From assembly GCA_964019335.1 (NCBI GenBank), contig OZ025706.1, positions 186,001 to 250,000 on the forward strand: a stretch of 64,000 nt of DNA, in the 5' to 3' direction. Source of the DNA: Diplonema japonicum (lineage: Eukaryota > Protista > Euglenozoa: Diplonemea). This document shows, piece after piece, positions 21,088-32,681 of this stretch (position 1 is its first letter; every line of letters starts with the position of its first letter). The position numbers and the translations under genes are program-made. The notes below the pieces were generated by a model. The model saw only the letters and a list, made by a program, of their open reading frames with translations. It had not been told where the DNA came from and searched no databases.

Positions 21088-21924
21088 GTGAATACTGACG
21101 TGCCTAATGGTTAGACGTGTCTCGCAGCAGGGGTTCAAAACCTTGGAGGGGTCTTCATTCTTTTCCGCAAAATCTAGTGGGTTATCTTTATTTCACAGGG
21201 CAGTACCTAAAAACTTTGAAAACCTTCCAAACACTTAACTCTTATCTTCAACTTTAAAATGCAACAGGAGACTTTGACCAACTGGGTTGGTAAGCGTACT
21301 TTTTGAACGCTGACAACTCCACCTTAGAGATTAACAACGCCCTGCACTTGTCTGGGGTTGCTAAGAAGGCCAAGCCTGCCCCTAGGAAACTCCCGATAAT
21401 AGTGATAAGCTCGAAAGTTGTGAAGGTCCGAGGCCTCGAGACAAGCGTGCCACAACAGGGCAGTTACACAGGTAAAACAAAGCTGGCAATAAATATCCCT
21501 CGTGTGATAAACCCCCCGGAAGGCCGGAGGTTAACAGCTTCCGAAATCCGTAGTAGGCGGCTACAACGTCCACACAAACTAAATTCTTCAGGGGGACAGC
21601 ACATGCGTGTACGGGGGGAAAGCGTAGGGCAGGGTGGGCCCCAAACAAAAATGCCCCGGAAGAAAAAAAATTACCGGAAGTAATTACCGCGGACCGGAAG
21701 TTTTAACTTCCGGAAATTTATTGTTTTTTTTTTACAGTGTGTTGCCCCCCCCTTTTTTTTTCTTCTTTTTTGAAAAAAAAAAAAGTTCTTTTGGAAGAAA
21801 AAAAAAAAATTAAAAATGCTAAATTCGCTCTTTTTTTTCTATAAAACATAAAACACAATAAGTACAAAAAAGTGGGGGGGGGGAAGTACAAGTTAAAAAA
21901 AAAGAAGGAATACAAAAAAATCTT

Positions 21925-23401
21925 TCAACCCCTCTTCTCACCCTTGTTTCTCGCGGGGCACTTTGACCTGGACGCACCGCAGTTCACACACACTGGTTTG
22001 CTCCAGTCTTGTTTGTACCCGTCGCACGTTGGCGGGGGCTTCCTGTGGATTTTTTTCCCCCCAAAAAAAAATATTTCCATACTTCGCCACATGCCCACCG
22101 TCCGACAAGATTTTATAATATTGGGTGTAAAGCTCTGTGGACCTCTTGCTCGGGATGGCTTCCCTGTGTGAAAGGACTGTTTCACGAGTGGCGTCTGCGG
22201 TCCATGTCTGCTCGGCAATGAGATCTGCTTCCAAGCTTGCAAGCAAGGAAGACCGCTCCTCGCTCGGAGGACGCTTCACGTCACTGCTGCAAACAGAGAA
22301 CAACGATTCCCTTGCAGCCCGCCTGTCCTGCGGAGGCTCCTTCTGCATTCTCATAGGAGAGACCGTTCGGTTGTAACATTTCGGAAGAGAAATGTCAGAC
22401 ATCGCGCAAGACCGTGGTATAGACACACCGGACTGGGTCGGAAGTTCTTTTTTATCCAATTCCTTTGGAATCGACATTTCTGCCAGAATTTCAAGTTTGT
22501 TATTTGTGTGGTCGGTGAAGTCGGATAAATAACGGCCCATCATGTCCAGTTTTGAACGGACCCACGTGGTGGTTTGCTCTTCGTAACCCGCAAGACGATT
22601 TTCGTAGAGTTCAATCCGTTCTTGTAGAGCAGACTCCCGCACGGCTTGTGCGGAGCTGACAACAGAGAGGTAGTCTTTTGTGGTTTGAAGGCCTTCGATG
22701 GTCTCTTCGTAAGCTTCTATTCGTTTCGAGAGGAAGCCACCCTCAACAGGCGACTGTGGTGTAGTCGGCGCATCTGAAACCGGTTTTTCAATGGTGTCGA
22801 TTTTTACCCGAATCGCGTTGCAAAGTTTGCTGGAGGACTCCACGCGGGATTCGAGGTGGGATAGTTTGCTCGTTGCTAACTTGTGGAGGTTCGTCATTTC
22901 CTGCCTGATTTTTGTCGTGAACTCTGCCAACAGAAATCTCAACCCGTCGTCGCTGTCGTCATCCGGAACTTGTGTAACGACACTCTCCTCTGTTGTTGTT
23001 GTGCTTTTCACATGGTTGCCCTGCCGTACTGTTCTGGTGAACGTTTGGTACCTTGCCAGACGCAGCTCGACAGGGTAGTTGGTCAACACTTTCGTTGCAA
23101 CCCAAGGAAAGTCCACTATTCGTTGCAATGGGCATTCTACGCTTTCTATCACGACACCCGGCGCTTCGTTTGCTTGCAGGACGAACTCCTCCGGGTCCCA
23201 GTCCATTTTGTACTTCTCGTTCATTATTTCGATCTGCTGGGCCACCAGTTCCCGGGGTGTAAAATCGCTGTCCATGTCTACTACCCGGCCGACGCTCCAC
23301 ATCGGGTCCTCCTCGCCAAAAATTATTTTCACCCTTACCACTAGATCATGCCGGGTTGGAGGCAGCATGCCACCCGCCACCTCCGTGAAGGGGTACGCCA
23401 T
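21925..23401 (-). CDS. Hypothetical coiled-coil protein with C-terminal Cys-rich motif, 2 exons
   Basis: The 40-nt intron 22043..22082 (GTATGG...CCACAG, phase 2) removes a homopolymeric stretch and shifts into a terminal exon KPPPTCDGYKQDWSKPVCVNCGASRSKC. Confidence 0.7.
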
Positions 23402-24036
23402 ATTTTTTTTTTTTTTTTTTTTTTTTAATTAAATCCTCGCGTCCCCTGTGATGTCATTAAGATCCAGAAATATTTGAAAAAAAAAAATTTTTTTTTTATA
23501 CTATCACATCAAAAAAAAAAAGAAAAGCACGACAGCAAAAGAAAATTCGGGAGAATTGGGGAATTCCGTTCATCCTTTCTTTTTCTTTTTTTTAAAAGGC
23601 GGGCTTTATGTTCTTCTTTTTGAAGGATTACAAAAAAAAGGGGGGGGGAAATCAATTGGTTAAAAGAAGGTTCATTTTTTTTTTTTGCACGGAAAAACAG
23701 AGATATGAAAAGAAGGAATTTTGAAAAAAGAGGAGAACGAAAAGAAGTTGGAGGGGGGTGTCACCATTCTATCTGACTACAAAACCTTCACGATAATAGG
23801 TCTTTTTTTTTTTTTTGCCGGTTTAATTTCTTTCGAATGCTTCGCGCAAAAATGCAGAAGAAAAGGCTTGTTTTACGTCAAATTACAACTGAGGAGAGAG
23901 AGGGAAACGTTGTGCATCACTGACCTTGAGGCGGAGCCCCAAGAGCGATGCAAGAAAAAAAAAAGGGGGGGGAAGAAAAACAATTAATGAACAACATAAC
24001 GCCACTCGTAGGGTAGTGCAACATCTTCAGCTTTTT

Positions 24037-25491
24037 CTACTTGCTGTAAATGTGCTTACCTTCCTTGATTTCATTGGTCACCTTTGTGACCCACTCGGAC
24101 CCCTCGCCTTGGAGCTTGGGCATGTTCGCCTCCTGTGTGAGGTGGCACTCCCCCCTGAGGGCAGCGAACTTCCCGATGATGCCTTCCTGGAGGTGGTTCA
24201 GGGGGAGGGCGGCCTCAGCCATGGCGTGCTCGTAGCCGAGGGACTTGGGGGCGTCGGGGAGGTGCATCGGGCAGTCGGTCCTGGGCTGCTGCTCGGACAG
24301 GATGTCCTCGAAGGTGGATGCCCAGGCGTCCCTCTTGGTGAGGAACTTCTCGTAGCCGAAGAGCTTCTTCATGGTGGACAGGATAGAGGTCGCCTCAAGC
24401 TCGCTGTTCGCCTCGGGCTTGATCCCGTTGGTGTAGACGCTGCCCTTCTGCACCCACGGGGAGATGGCGATGACCGGGATCCTCACTCCGAGGCGCGTGA
24501 ACTGGAAGTCCTTGTCGGGGAAGGACTTCGAGTCGTCGGGGGCAGGGACCCCTGTGGGGGTGGGCACGTGGTCGTAGAAGCCGCCGTGCTCGTCGTAGGT
24601 GATGATGAAGAGGGTCTCGTTCCACTGCGGCGACACGCGCAGGGCCTCGTACACCTCCTTCATGATCGCCTCCCCGAGCCTCACGTCGTGGTCAGGGTGG
24701 TCGTCGTTCGCCCCCTCCAGCGATGTCGCGTTCACGAACCACCTAGGGTTCACCCACGAGAAGGCGGGGAGGTCCCCGTTCTTCATGTCCTCGTGGAAGC
24801 GGTCCCACCCGTGCACCTTCTCAGGGTTCACCACCAGCTTCTCCATGAAGGCCATCTCAAGCGGGGCGTCGGCGTAGTACATCTTCCAGTCAAGCCCTGC
24901 AGACTCCACACGGTCGAAGATGGTGGGCCCCACGTACAGCTCCGTGTGGGGGTGGAAGGCAGAGGTCTCGGTGTCCCCCTGCGAGGTCGCCATCAGCTGG
25001 AACAGCCTGTTGGGCCAGGTGGGTCCGGGGTGCGAGCAGAAGAACCTGTCGAAGGTGAGGAACTCGTCGCTCAGAGCCGTCAGAACGGGGAGCCTGCTGT
25101 TGTTGAACATCTGCATCACAGAGTCCGGGTTCCTGTGGTGCTTCGACTCGAACTCGATGAAGCCGTCCATTGTCACGTTCTTCATCCCAGCCGCGATCTC
25201 CTTCTGCCCGTAGATCTTGTCCGTCGTTGCGGGGGTGCTGTGGTCGGGGTCGAACGGTCCCCTGTACGGGCTGGTCTGGCTCACCGTCACCCTCTTGCTG
25301 TTCGGGTCCTTTGTGTCCACAGGGTTCGACTCCGTCCCCTTCAGCCCGTTTACCTTCACGTTCTTGAAGAACCCCATCATGTGGTCAAACGACCTGTTCT
25401 CCTCCATCAGCAGCACAACGTTCTTGATCTTCCCGCTGTACCCAGCGCTTGCCTGTACAGCAAGCAGGCATGCCAGCAACGCTACTCTCAT
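24037..25491 (-). CDS. Secreted phospholipase C / acid phosphatase (phosphoesterase family, NPC-like)
   Basis: Signal peptide; IKNVVLLMEENRSFDHMMG, PGPTWPNR, DDHP, ITYDEHGGFYDHV, RLGVRIP. Confidence 0.93.
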   Translation of the reverse strand: MRVALLACLLAVQASAGYSGKIKNVVLLMEENRSFDHMMGFFKNVKVNGLKGTESNPVDTKDPNSKRVTVSQTSPYRGPFDPDHSTPATTDKIYGQKEIAAGMKNVTMDGFIEFESKHHRNPDSVMQMFNNSRLPVLTALSDEFLTFDRFFCSHPGPTWPNRLFQLMATSQGDTETSAFHPHTELYVGPTIFDRVESAGLDWKMYYADAPLEMAFMEKLVVNPEKVHGWDRFHEDMKNGDLPAFSWVNPRWFVNATSLEGANDDHPDHDVRLGEAIMKEVYEALRVSPQWNETLFIITYDEHGGFYDHVPTPTGVPAPDDSKSFPDKDFQFTRLGVRIPVIAISPWVQKGSVYTNGIKPEANSELEATSILSTMKKLFGYEKFLTKRDAWASTFEDILSEQQPRTDCPMHLPDAPKSLGYEHAMAEAALPLNHLQEGIIGKFAALRGECHLTQEANMPKLQGEGSEWVTKVTNEIKEGKHIYSK

Positions 25492-25901
25492 CGTGTCAGA
25501 TGTGGATGTCCTGTGTGTGGTGTGTCTTTTTTTTTTTCTTTTTTTTCTCCTTGTTTTGTCGAAAGAGGGAGAATATAAAATATAAGAGAATACTAATATA
25601 AAAAAAAAAAAAAAAAAAAAAAAAAACGGGAAAGATAAGTCTATCTATCGGGTTTTCTTAAATGCTCCCCTTCAAGAGCATTTTCGTTGCCGTGCAGAGC
25701 CGTGCGGTTGTTCGATTGGAGAAAGAGAAAAAAAAAAGAGTATGTGAGACGGGTCTAGCACGAGGAAACTAAAAAAAGGCAAAAGAAAAAAAGAGGTAAA
25801 ATTAGAATGGGGGGGGGCTCTTTTTTTTCTGTTTTTTTGAATTGCCTTTTTTGATTTAATAACAATCATAACGGGTGTTCCTTTTCTTTTTCATTTCTTT
25901 T

Positions 25902-25933
<32 letters not shown>

Positions 25934-26077
25934 CTTTTATTTTTGAAACAATATCTTCGAAACTAACAAAAAAAAAAGAAAGTCAACAACAACGAGAAAA
26001 AAAAAGAGAAAATAACAAAAAGAAACAGACACGTTAGTCTTTTTTTTTTTTTACTCTTCGTTTTTTTCTTCGCTCAC

Positions 26078-27265
26078 TAGGGGCCTCATAATTTAACGCG
26101 AAACGCCCATAATTTAACTAGGGCCAACCCCTTGAAAAATATTTTTGGGAGGTGGGGTATTTTGACTATTTTTGGCCATCTGAAGCCACTCCGGCCCTTG
26201 CTTTACTCCCCCTTAAAATGCCACGGCGAAATAGCTACCCCGTATTACCTTAGGGAAATCCCCAAAAAAGCTGGCCCGTGTGAGGAAAACAGCAGTGAAA
26301 GCAGTGAAGAGTGAGTGACTCAAATGACGAAGAGTGAAATAAAACGACTTACTTGCTGCCAAATGAGCCATTATTTGTTGGCAATTATTTTCATCATTTT
26401 TTTTTCTTCTTTTTCTTTTTACCCCCTTTGCTCAAGTGCCTCAACAAAGCTACAATTTCTTTTTTTTTTTTTTTTTTTTTTACAGTTTTGTGCTTTTTTT
26501 TTTCCCTGCTTTCCAACCTTATATATTTGGGGTTTTTGAAGATACTTACTTTTGGGGTTTTACAAGGAAAGCGCACGTCGGTCTCTACAAAAACGAAAGT
26601 AAACATGGTCCAGAGAAAGCACCCCCTGGGAGGCGCTTGTGGGATGGGGTGGAGGTTCAGGCGGAGGATGGGAAGAAGACAGTAAAATGTCGCTTCTGTG
26701 ATATGTGATATGGTCTTCATGTAGCGTCAACCAGCAGACTCCGCGCCCACATGTTCCAAACAAAAGGCCAAAGAGTAGCGACGTGTGTCCCCAAAGGGGA
26801 TAGTGTGGAGCCCCACAAGAGGCTGTTGGAGAAAGCGACAGCGGAGGCGAAAGTGGAGAACTGGCCAATGACGCCATTTTTAACTGCGTTCGGGATTTCT
26901 TTCTCGAAACTGGGACCCCATTTTTGAGGGTCGAACATCGGTATGATGTTTATCTGTTTCGTGTCCTCTCATATTTTCTGTTCACAGAACATTCAAGGCA
27001 CTGTTTGAGAAGGTGAAGCGCCTTCCGCTCGGGGCCACGTACGAGCTACCGGACAGGAAAGCTCTGAGCGGAAGGCTGGTTGACGACGCTGTTCAAAAAA
27101 TGGATGCCACAATCGCATCCTTCATCGAAACCCAGAAGATTTCCCCAGGGCGCCACCAACACTGGCCCCCTTTCGTATATTTCTTCCGAGTGATTTGCCC
27201 CCAAAAAAATAAGTCTCTAAAACCCCCAAAATAAGGAAACGTTTCTGCCCCAAGGAAACGGCCCC
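26078..27265 (+). mobile_element. Decayed, truncated hAT-superfamily DNA transposon (transposase pseudogene); ends approximate
   Basis: BED finger WDGV...KCRFCDM*...RLRAH...C with an in-frame stop. After removing intron 26941..26987 (GTATGA...TTCACAG): DFFLETGTPFLRVEHRTFKALF...YELPDRKALSGRLVD, the typical hAT N-terminal block. Catalytic core absent; only weak GGGGCC-type ends. Confidence 0.75.
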
Positions 27266-27486
27266 CGGGGGGGGGGGGGGGGGGGTGGCAAATAAATAAA
27301 CAAGTAATAATAAAATAACATAAAAACGAGAACCAACAAAGGCACAAAAAAGAAAAAAGAGAAAAAAAGCACCAAAAAGTTGCTTCTTGCACGAATAATT
27401 TCGTGTGTGACAGGGCGGCGGGAGGGAAATGGGAATGACGTCTCTCTCTCTCTCTCAGATTGCTGGTAAATACTTCATGTTGCAGC

Positions 27487-27813
27487 TCACGAGGCCTCAA
27501 CAACACGGACTGGGCTGAGGGGCTCATATAGATCCAAGTCTTCGGTGCGGTTACAGTACTCGTGAAAGGAAATGGTGCCTTGCTCCGTCCCGTGCTTCTT
27601 ACGGAACCGCCTCGCGACAAGAATGCACAAGAAAAACAACACCACACAGCCCCCGATCACAAACCAGTACCACTTAGTCTCCCAGAAGGTCTTCCCATCG
27701 TGGTCGTGCTCCAACTCGATAGGCGCTATGCTCGGCACGGGGTCGACATCTGTACTGTTCGTTGAGTTCGAATCATCCAGGTATGAGCTTTGTAGTGAGC
27801 TGTAGGTAGCCAT
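27487..27813 (-). CDS. Small single-pass membrane protein (108 aa)
   Basis: Ser-rich N-terminus with NxS/NxT sites, TM WYWFVIGGCVVLFFLCILVA, then RRFRKK. Confidence 0.65.
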   Translation of the reverse strand: MATYSSLQSSYLDDSNSTNSTDVDPVPSIAPIELEHDHDGKTFWETKWYWFVIGGCVVLFFLCILVARRFRKKHGTEQGTISFHEYCNRTEDLDLYEPLSPVRVVEAS

Positions 27814-27951
27814 GATCAGAACATATTTGGGGGGGTGAACAGGCCTTTTTGTTAAAATCTTGTTTTTTTTTTTTATTTTTTTTTTTTTTTTTATAGATGT
27901 TGTTCTAGATTTATAGAAAGGAAGAAACACTTTTCTTTTTTTTTCCCGCGC

Positions 27952-28354
27952 TCAAATCGCCCATTGAAGTCCAACCCTCCGTCTGCTGAAAGTGTCCTTC
28001 GTGGCTCCAGTCAGCGGGTATGAAAAGTTGACCTCCAGTTTTCCCATAGTCCCCAGCAAGGGCAATCCTGCAATGTGGAACCCGGCCCCCACAGAGGCGG
28101 CCGCGTTCGACTTCACCGCGGAAAGAAAACCGTCGTTCGAGTCTTTTTTCAGCCCTATCCCGGCTGCGTCAAGGAAGAGATGCCCGCCCACTATACCACT
28201 CGGGATAATGGGGTCAGTGGGGATGGGGAAACTGAGAGTCGCGGAACCCGCGGCAATGACATCACCCCCCGTCAGGCCTTCGCTGTCTTGCTTCCCGATC
28301 TTTGTAAACCCTCGTACGTACTCAGTCTGAATTTTTTTTTTTTTCTCTCTCCTC

Positions 28355-28386
<32 letters not shown>

Positions 28387-29669
28387 TATAAAAACACACC
28401 TCACCGTAAAACCTGTCATTACGCTTGATGTCGAACTGCGACCCGAGCACGTTCCCGATCTTCCCGGACAACGCCAGGTGCAAGAACGGCGGGAAAACCT
28501 GGAAAAGCTTTTGCGCACGGATCTCCGCTTTCACCTTTTTTTTTTTTTTTTTTTACCCTCCCATCATACATGGCTGACGGTAGCCTGATCCGAAGAAGGC
28601 ATTCCACTGTATTTCCCAGTGCACTCAACAGATGCCCAAAATGCATGCCCAGATGTAGGCTGCGGGTACATCCCAGAGTATGGCCGTGGGTATGATTCTC
28701 GGGCGTCGTAAGTTGCATCGTAAGAGAAGCCGGAGATGGAGGAAGACAGGAAAGGTTTTGAAGGGTGCTTGAGGTCACGAGAACGGGAGAAGAGAGAAAT
28801 AGTTTGCCGGATCGTCCGCCCGAATCCGAAGCGCAACCCGCCGTCGAGCACCCACTCATCCGTGAACTTGTTGCGAGTGTGAGTGTCCTTTTGCTTAGAG
28901 ACATTGTACTCCATCCAGTCCCCATAGTACGGCGCATTCGATTTAACACCGAATTTAAACAAGGAAACCGAAGACAAGGCGTACCCTACCCCGTATTGCA
29001 AAGCATCGTCCACACGCGGGAAATACCTTCTGAGGTATTTTGACACCCCTCCCAAACCTTCTTCCTTGTTATCATACGGCACTACTACACCTATACCCTT
29101 GTTCGGCTGGACCTCCAGATATGTCGAGTAGCCCATTCCGTTGATATTTGACTTTGTAAATTTCACCTCCGGGCTGATTTTTTGTGCGTCGGTGTAGATT
29201 CCAAGGGACATGCTGTCTCCTTCTCGGACTCTTATGTCAGCAAACATATTTCCTAGGCCTTCCTTCGCAGGGGCGAAGCCGTCGAAGGCGATGTCGGAGA
29301 AGCAATCCATTTCCATCCACCTGGTTTTGGCATTTGAGAGTGCGTCCAGCACGCCTTGGACCGTCCGCTGCGACTCGATTTTGACGATTTCTTTCTCCAG
29401 AAGTTGTTTTTTGGTGCGTGACAGACCGGCGATTCGCACCCTCACACTGACGTCACCGTCGTAGGTCTGAAACTTCTCCCTCATTTCGTCTGTGATGTTG
29501 ACATTGATCGGCTCCCGAGGCCACCCAGAAGGCTGTTTTTTTTCTTCTTCTTTTTTTTTTTTCCCTAAAAGAAATGACATACTACTGTAGACGGTTGAAC
29601 CTGCTTCGCCTCCTGATTCTGATCCCCGTTTTCGAACATGTCGTCGTTCCCCATTATTCCCTCTCCCAT
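27952..29669 (-). CDS. SAM50: Mitochondrial outer-membrane beta-barrel assembly protein Sam50/Tob55, 4 exons
   Basis: POTRA start VRIAGLSRTK, C-terminal SVGAG...KLEVNFSYPL and beta-signal VGLQWAI. Introns 29533..29582, 28535..28569 and 28327..28399 (all phase 0) join three track ORFs. Confidence 0.8.
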
Positions 29670-30041
29670 TTTTTCTCTCCTCTCTTTTTTTTTTTTTTTT
29701 TTTTTTTAAATTTTACGTCTAAACATCGGATGGGATACCAGAGGTGATAAAAGGTGGTGGGAGCCTCAAGTAGAAATGTTGAAGGTGTAAGAGAACATAG
29801 CTGCGAGTGATCAGAAATGGAACTACCTAGGGGCTATAATACCAGAGATATACATACAACAATGAACGACTTCTTTGGACAACAAAGCTGGAGGGGAATA
29901 TGAAAAAAGAAATACCTAGATGTCCCCCTCCCCCCCCCAAAAAAAAAACTCCTCCAGCAGCCTTTGGTGGCCTCAAGAAGAACCGGTTTTACAGTAAGCA
30001 CACTATTTTTTTTAAAAAAAATCTTTTCTTCTCCCCCCCTT

Positions 30042-30797
30042 TCATTCCTTCTTCGGCAGAAGATCAAAATAATCAATGTGAGCACCCGTGGTGAAGGTGT
30101 CGGCGAGCACCTGTTTGGTAAGAATTGCCGCGGAGTCAGCAGGATCTACCATGTCAAGCTTGGCAAAGGTGTCTTTGACATCCTGAGCATGATGGGTGTC
30201 TCTGATATGCTGGGCCATGGCGGTCTCCATGGGGCCTGGTGCGTAGTTGAGCGTCCGCACGGCGGGGTGGTCGAGGGTGAGAGAAGAGAAGAATAGGTCA
30301 CGAGCAGCCTTGCCTGCGCAATATAAGGAAAATCCCTTGAAAGGCTGCACGGCGAATAGAGATGAAACGTTCACAAAGGTCAACTTCTCGCTCAGCTTGG
30401 GAAACGACTTCATGAAGCTGCATGATATGGCGATGGGGGCGGTGATGTTGGCTTGCACACTGTCCTTCACCGACTGCTCCGTGTGGTCTGCAGCAGCAAC
30501 AAGCTCTCCCAAGGAGGCTGCATTGTGGACAAACACAACCCTTTCGAAATCCTTCTCCTGGAACTCCTTGAACACTGTCTTGGTCTTCTCCGACAGGTCG
30601 TCCTCTGCCATGTCCACCTCCCACACTTTTACGTTCCCCTTGCACAGCTTCCTGACTTCTTGTAGGGTGTCTTCTATACCTTCGCAGCCTTTCCTGCATG
30701 TCAGCACCATTTCAGAATCGGGTTTGTTCCTCGCCAGCTCTACCGCCACTGCACGCCCGAACCCTCGGTTCGCGCCTGTGACTGCGATGAGCCATGA

Positions 30798-30800
<3 letters not shown>
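30042..30800 (-). CDS. SPR: Sepiapterin reductase-like short-chain dehydrogenase
   Basis: TGANRGFG, HNAASLG, NVSS, LYCAGKAARD (YxxxK), LNYAPGPMET, C-terminal AHIDYFD. Confidence 0.8.
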
Positions 30801-30830
<30 letters not shown>

Positions 30831-31038
30831 CTTTGTTTGTTACAGTTTTTTTTTTTTTTTTTTTTTTTTTTGTTAATGAAGACGAGGGGGGGGGGAGAAA
30901 AAAAAAGAAGATGAAAAAAAAATATATGAGTTAAAGGAAGTCTTTGTGAGACGCCCCCTAAAAAAAGATATATGGAGAGAAAAAAAAAATAAAAAGAGGG
31001 GAAAAAAAAAAAAAAACCAAGAAAAAAAAGAAAGCACC

Positions 31039-31078
<40 letters not shown>

Positions 31079-31578
31079 AAGAATTACACCTGCGTTCTAT
31101 CGGGGTGGAGGCACGGGGTAAAGGAGAAGGGGAATCGAGGTTAACCTTTGCACGCGCCAAAGTAATTTCTTTTTAAAATCCCCCCCCTTTTTTTTCTTCC
31201 ATGCGCTTCTTCCTGCGTTTAAAAAAAACCTTTTTAAAAAAAAAAAGGAAAAGAGAGAGAGTCGGCGGTTGTTTGTTTGTACAAGCCGGTTGAAGGTAAA
31301 CCAACTAGTTCCGACCCCTTTTTTTTTTAGCAAAGACAATTTAAGCAAAAGAGAAGGGGAAAAAAAAACATAAGACTAAAGGAACTAAAAAAAGGGGGGG
31401 GCAAGAGAGTGCGTGTGTGAAAAGGAAATTAGGTAAAAAAAACAATATTTTGACCCGAAAAATTGTTCCCCCCCCCCCCCCCCCCCGAGTCAAAAAATCT
31501 ACTCATCACACTTGTAGAAAAAAAGAATAAAGTAATTGCGCACGAATCAGGATAAAAGAAATTGAAGGAGGAAGGGAA

Positions 31579-31609
<31 letters not shown>

Positions 31610-31658
31610 CATGGAGGAAGCGAAGTACACGATCTCAGCTGGAGGGATTTTTAATATA

Positions 31659-32681
31659 TGAGCTTGTCCGGAAAAAAATGTCAACAAATGACCCTCTTTT
31701 GCAACGGAAAATCTTCGGAAAATTTCTAAGTACAAAAGTAGTCCGACACCACTTTGTGTGCAGAATTGCGGTCTAAGTGTGTTCACCATATAGGTCACAA
31801 TGCACGCCGTTTGTTTCATTTCTAAAACGCGCGTGCAAAAACATGCTTTCTAGAATGGTTTTTTTTTTTTAGTTTTTGTCATCCGGAAATTGTAAATGTC
31901 CCAGGCTCCATATTCCTTTTTTTGTTTTCTTTAATGAAAAGCGAGAAGAAATGGACGCAAATGGGAAATCTGTGAAACTTAGGGTCATTTTGGGTGGTTT
32001 GGGCTCTTTATCACAATTAAAATGGGGTGGGGAAAATACTGCCATTTTGGCCTATTTTAGGCTAAAATCCCATAAGGGCCCTTTAAAAGCAAACTTCTCA
32101 ATTTATAATTTGTCATGAGTAAGAAAACAAAATGACAAGCCTCAGCAGATGGGTAGAGAATGCATGTATGGCCCCAAAGATACCGATGTTGAGCAGACAA
32201 GTGTTAAGAATTGGGTTTTCAGGAAAATGGGCCTTTTAGGCCAATTCCCTTAGGAACCCCTCGAAAAAGCAAAAATAGGGCTAAAAAAACCGGTTTTTTG
32301 GGGGCTATGCAACGCCATATATTTTTCGCTAAGTACTTTTAACAGTAACCCGACCCTGGGTTGTACCCAGGGGTCACAAAGGTGTGTGTTCACCACTTTT
32401 ATGCACCCTAGGTGCTGCATTTCAAGCTTTTAAGCTGCATTTTAAACATTTTTCGTCGTTTTTCTGACCTCTGTTTTTCGATTGCCGGGGGCAACCGGTT
32501 GCAAAGCCTGCCACCCTCATGGCAAAACAAGCATCGCAATTGAAAGAACGGCGTCATTTACACCATATATGTCATCTTCCTATGGTTGCATGCTGCCCTT
32601 TTTTTTGCTCAAATAATCAAAACAAGAAATTTTCGGAGGTGCCCAAAAAAGTGTTGACATTTTTTTTTTCGGACGAGCTCA
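31659..32681. mobile_element. Non-autonomous DNA transposon (MITE), TA-flanked, copy A (1023 bp)
   Basis: ~28-bp TIRs TGAGCT(T/C)GTCCG...AAATGTCAACA, TA on both sides, no coding capacity; internal blocks match 45797..46041. Confidence 0.8.

Noticed and set aside
23926-25578. 550-aa plus-strand ORF
   Set aside because: Antisense shadow of the GC3-rich phospholipase C gene; its length follows from codon bias and it has no protein motifs.
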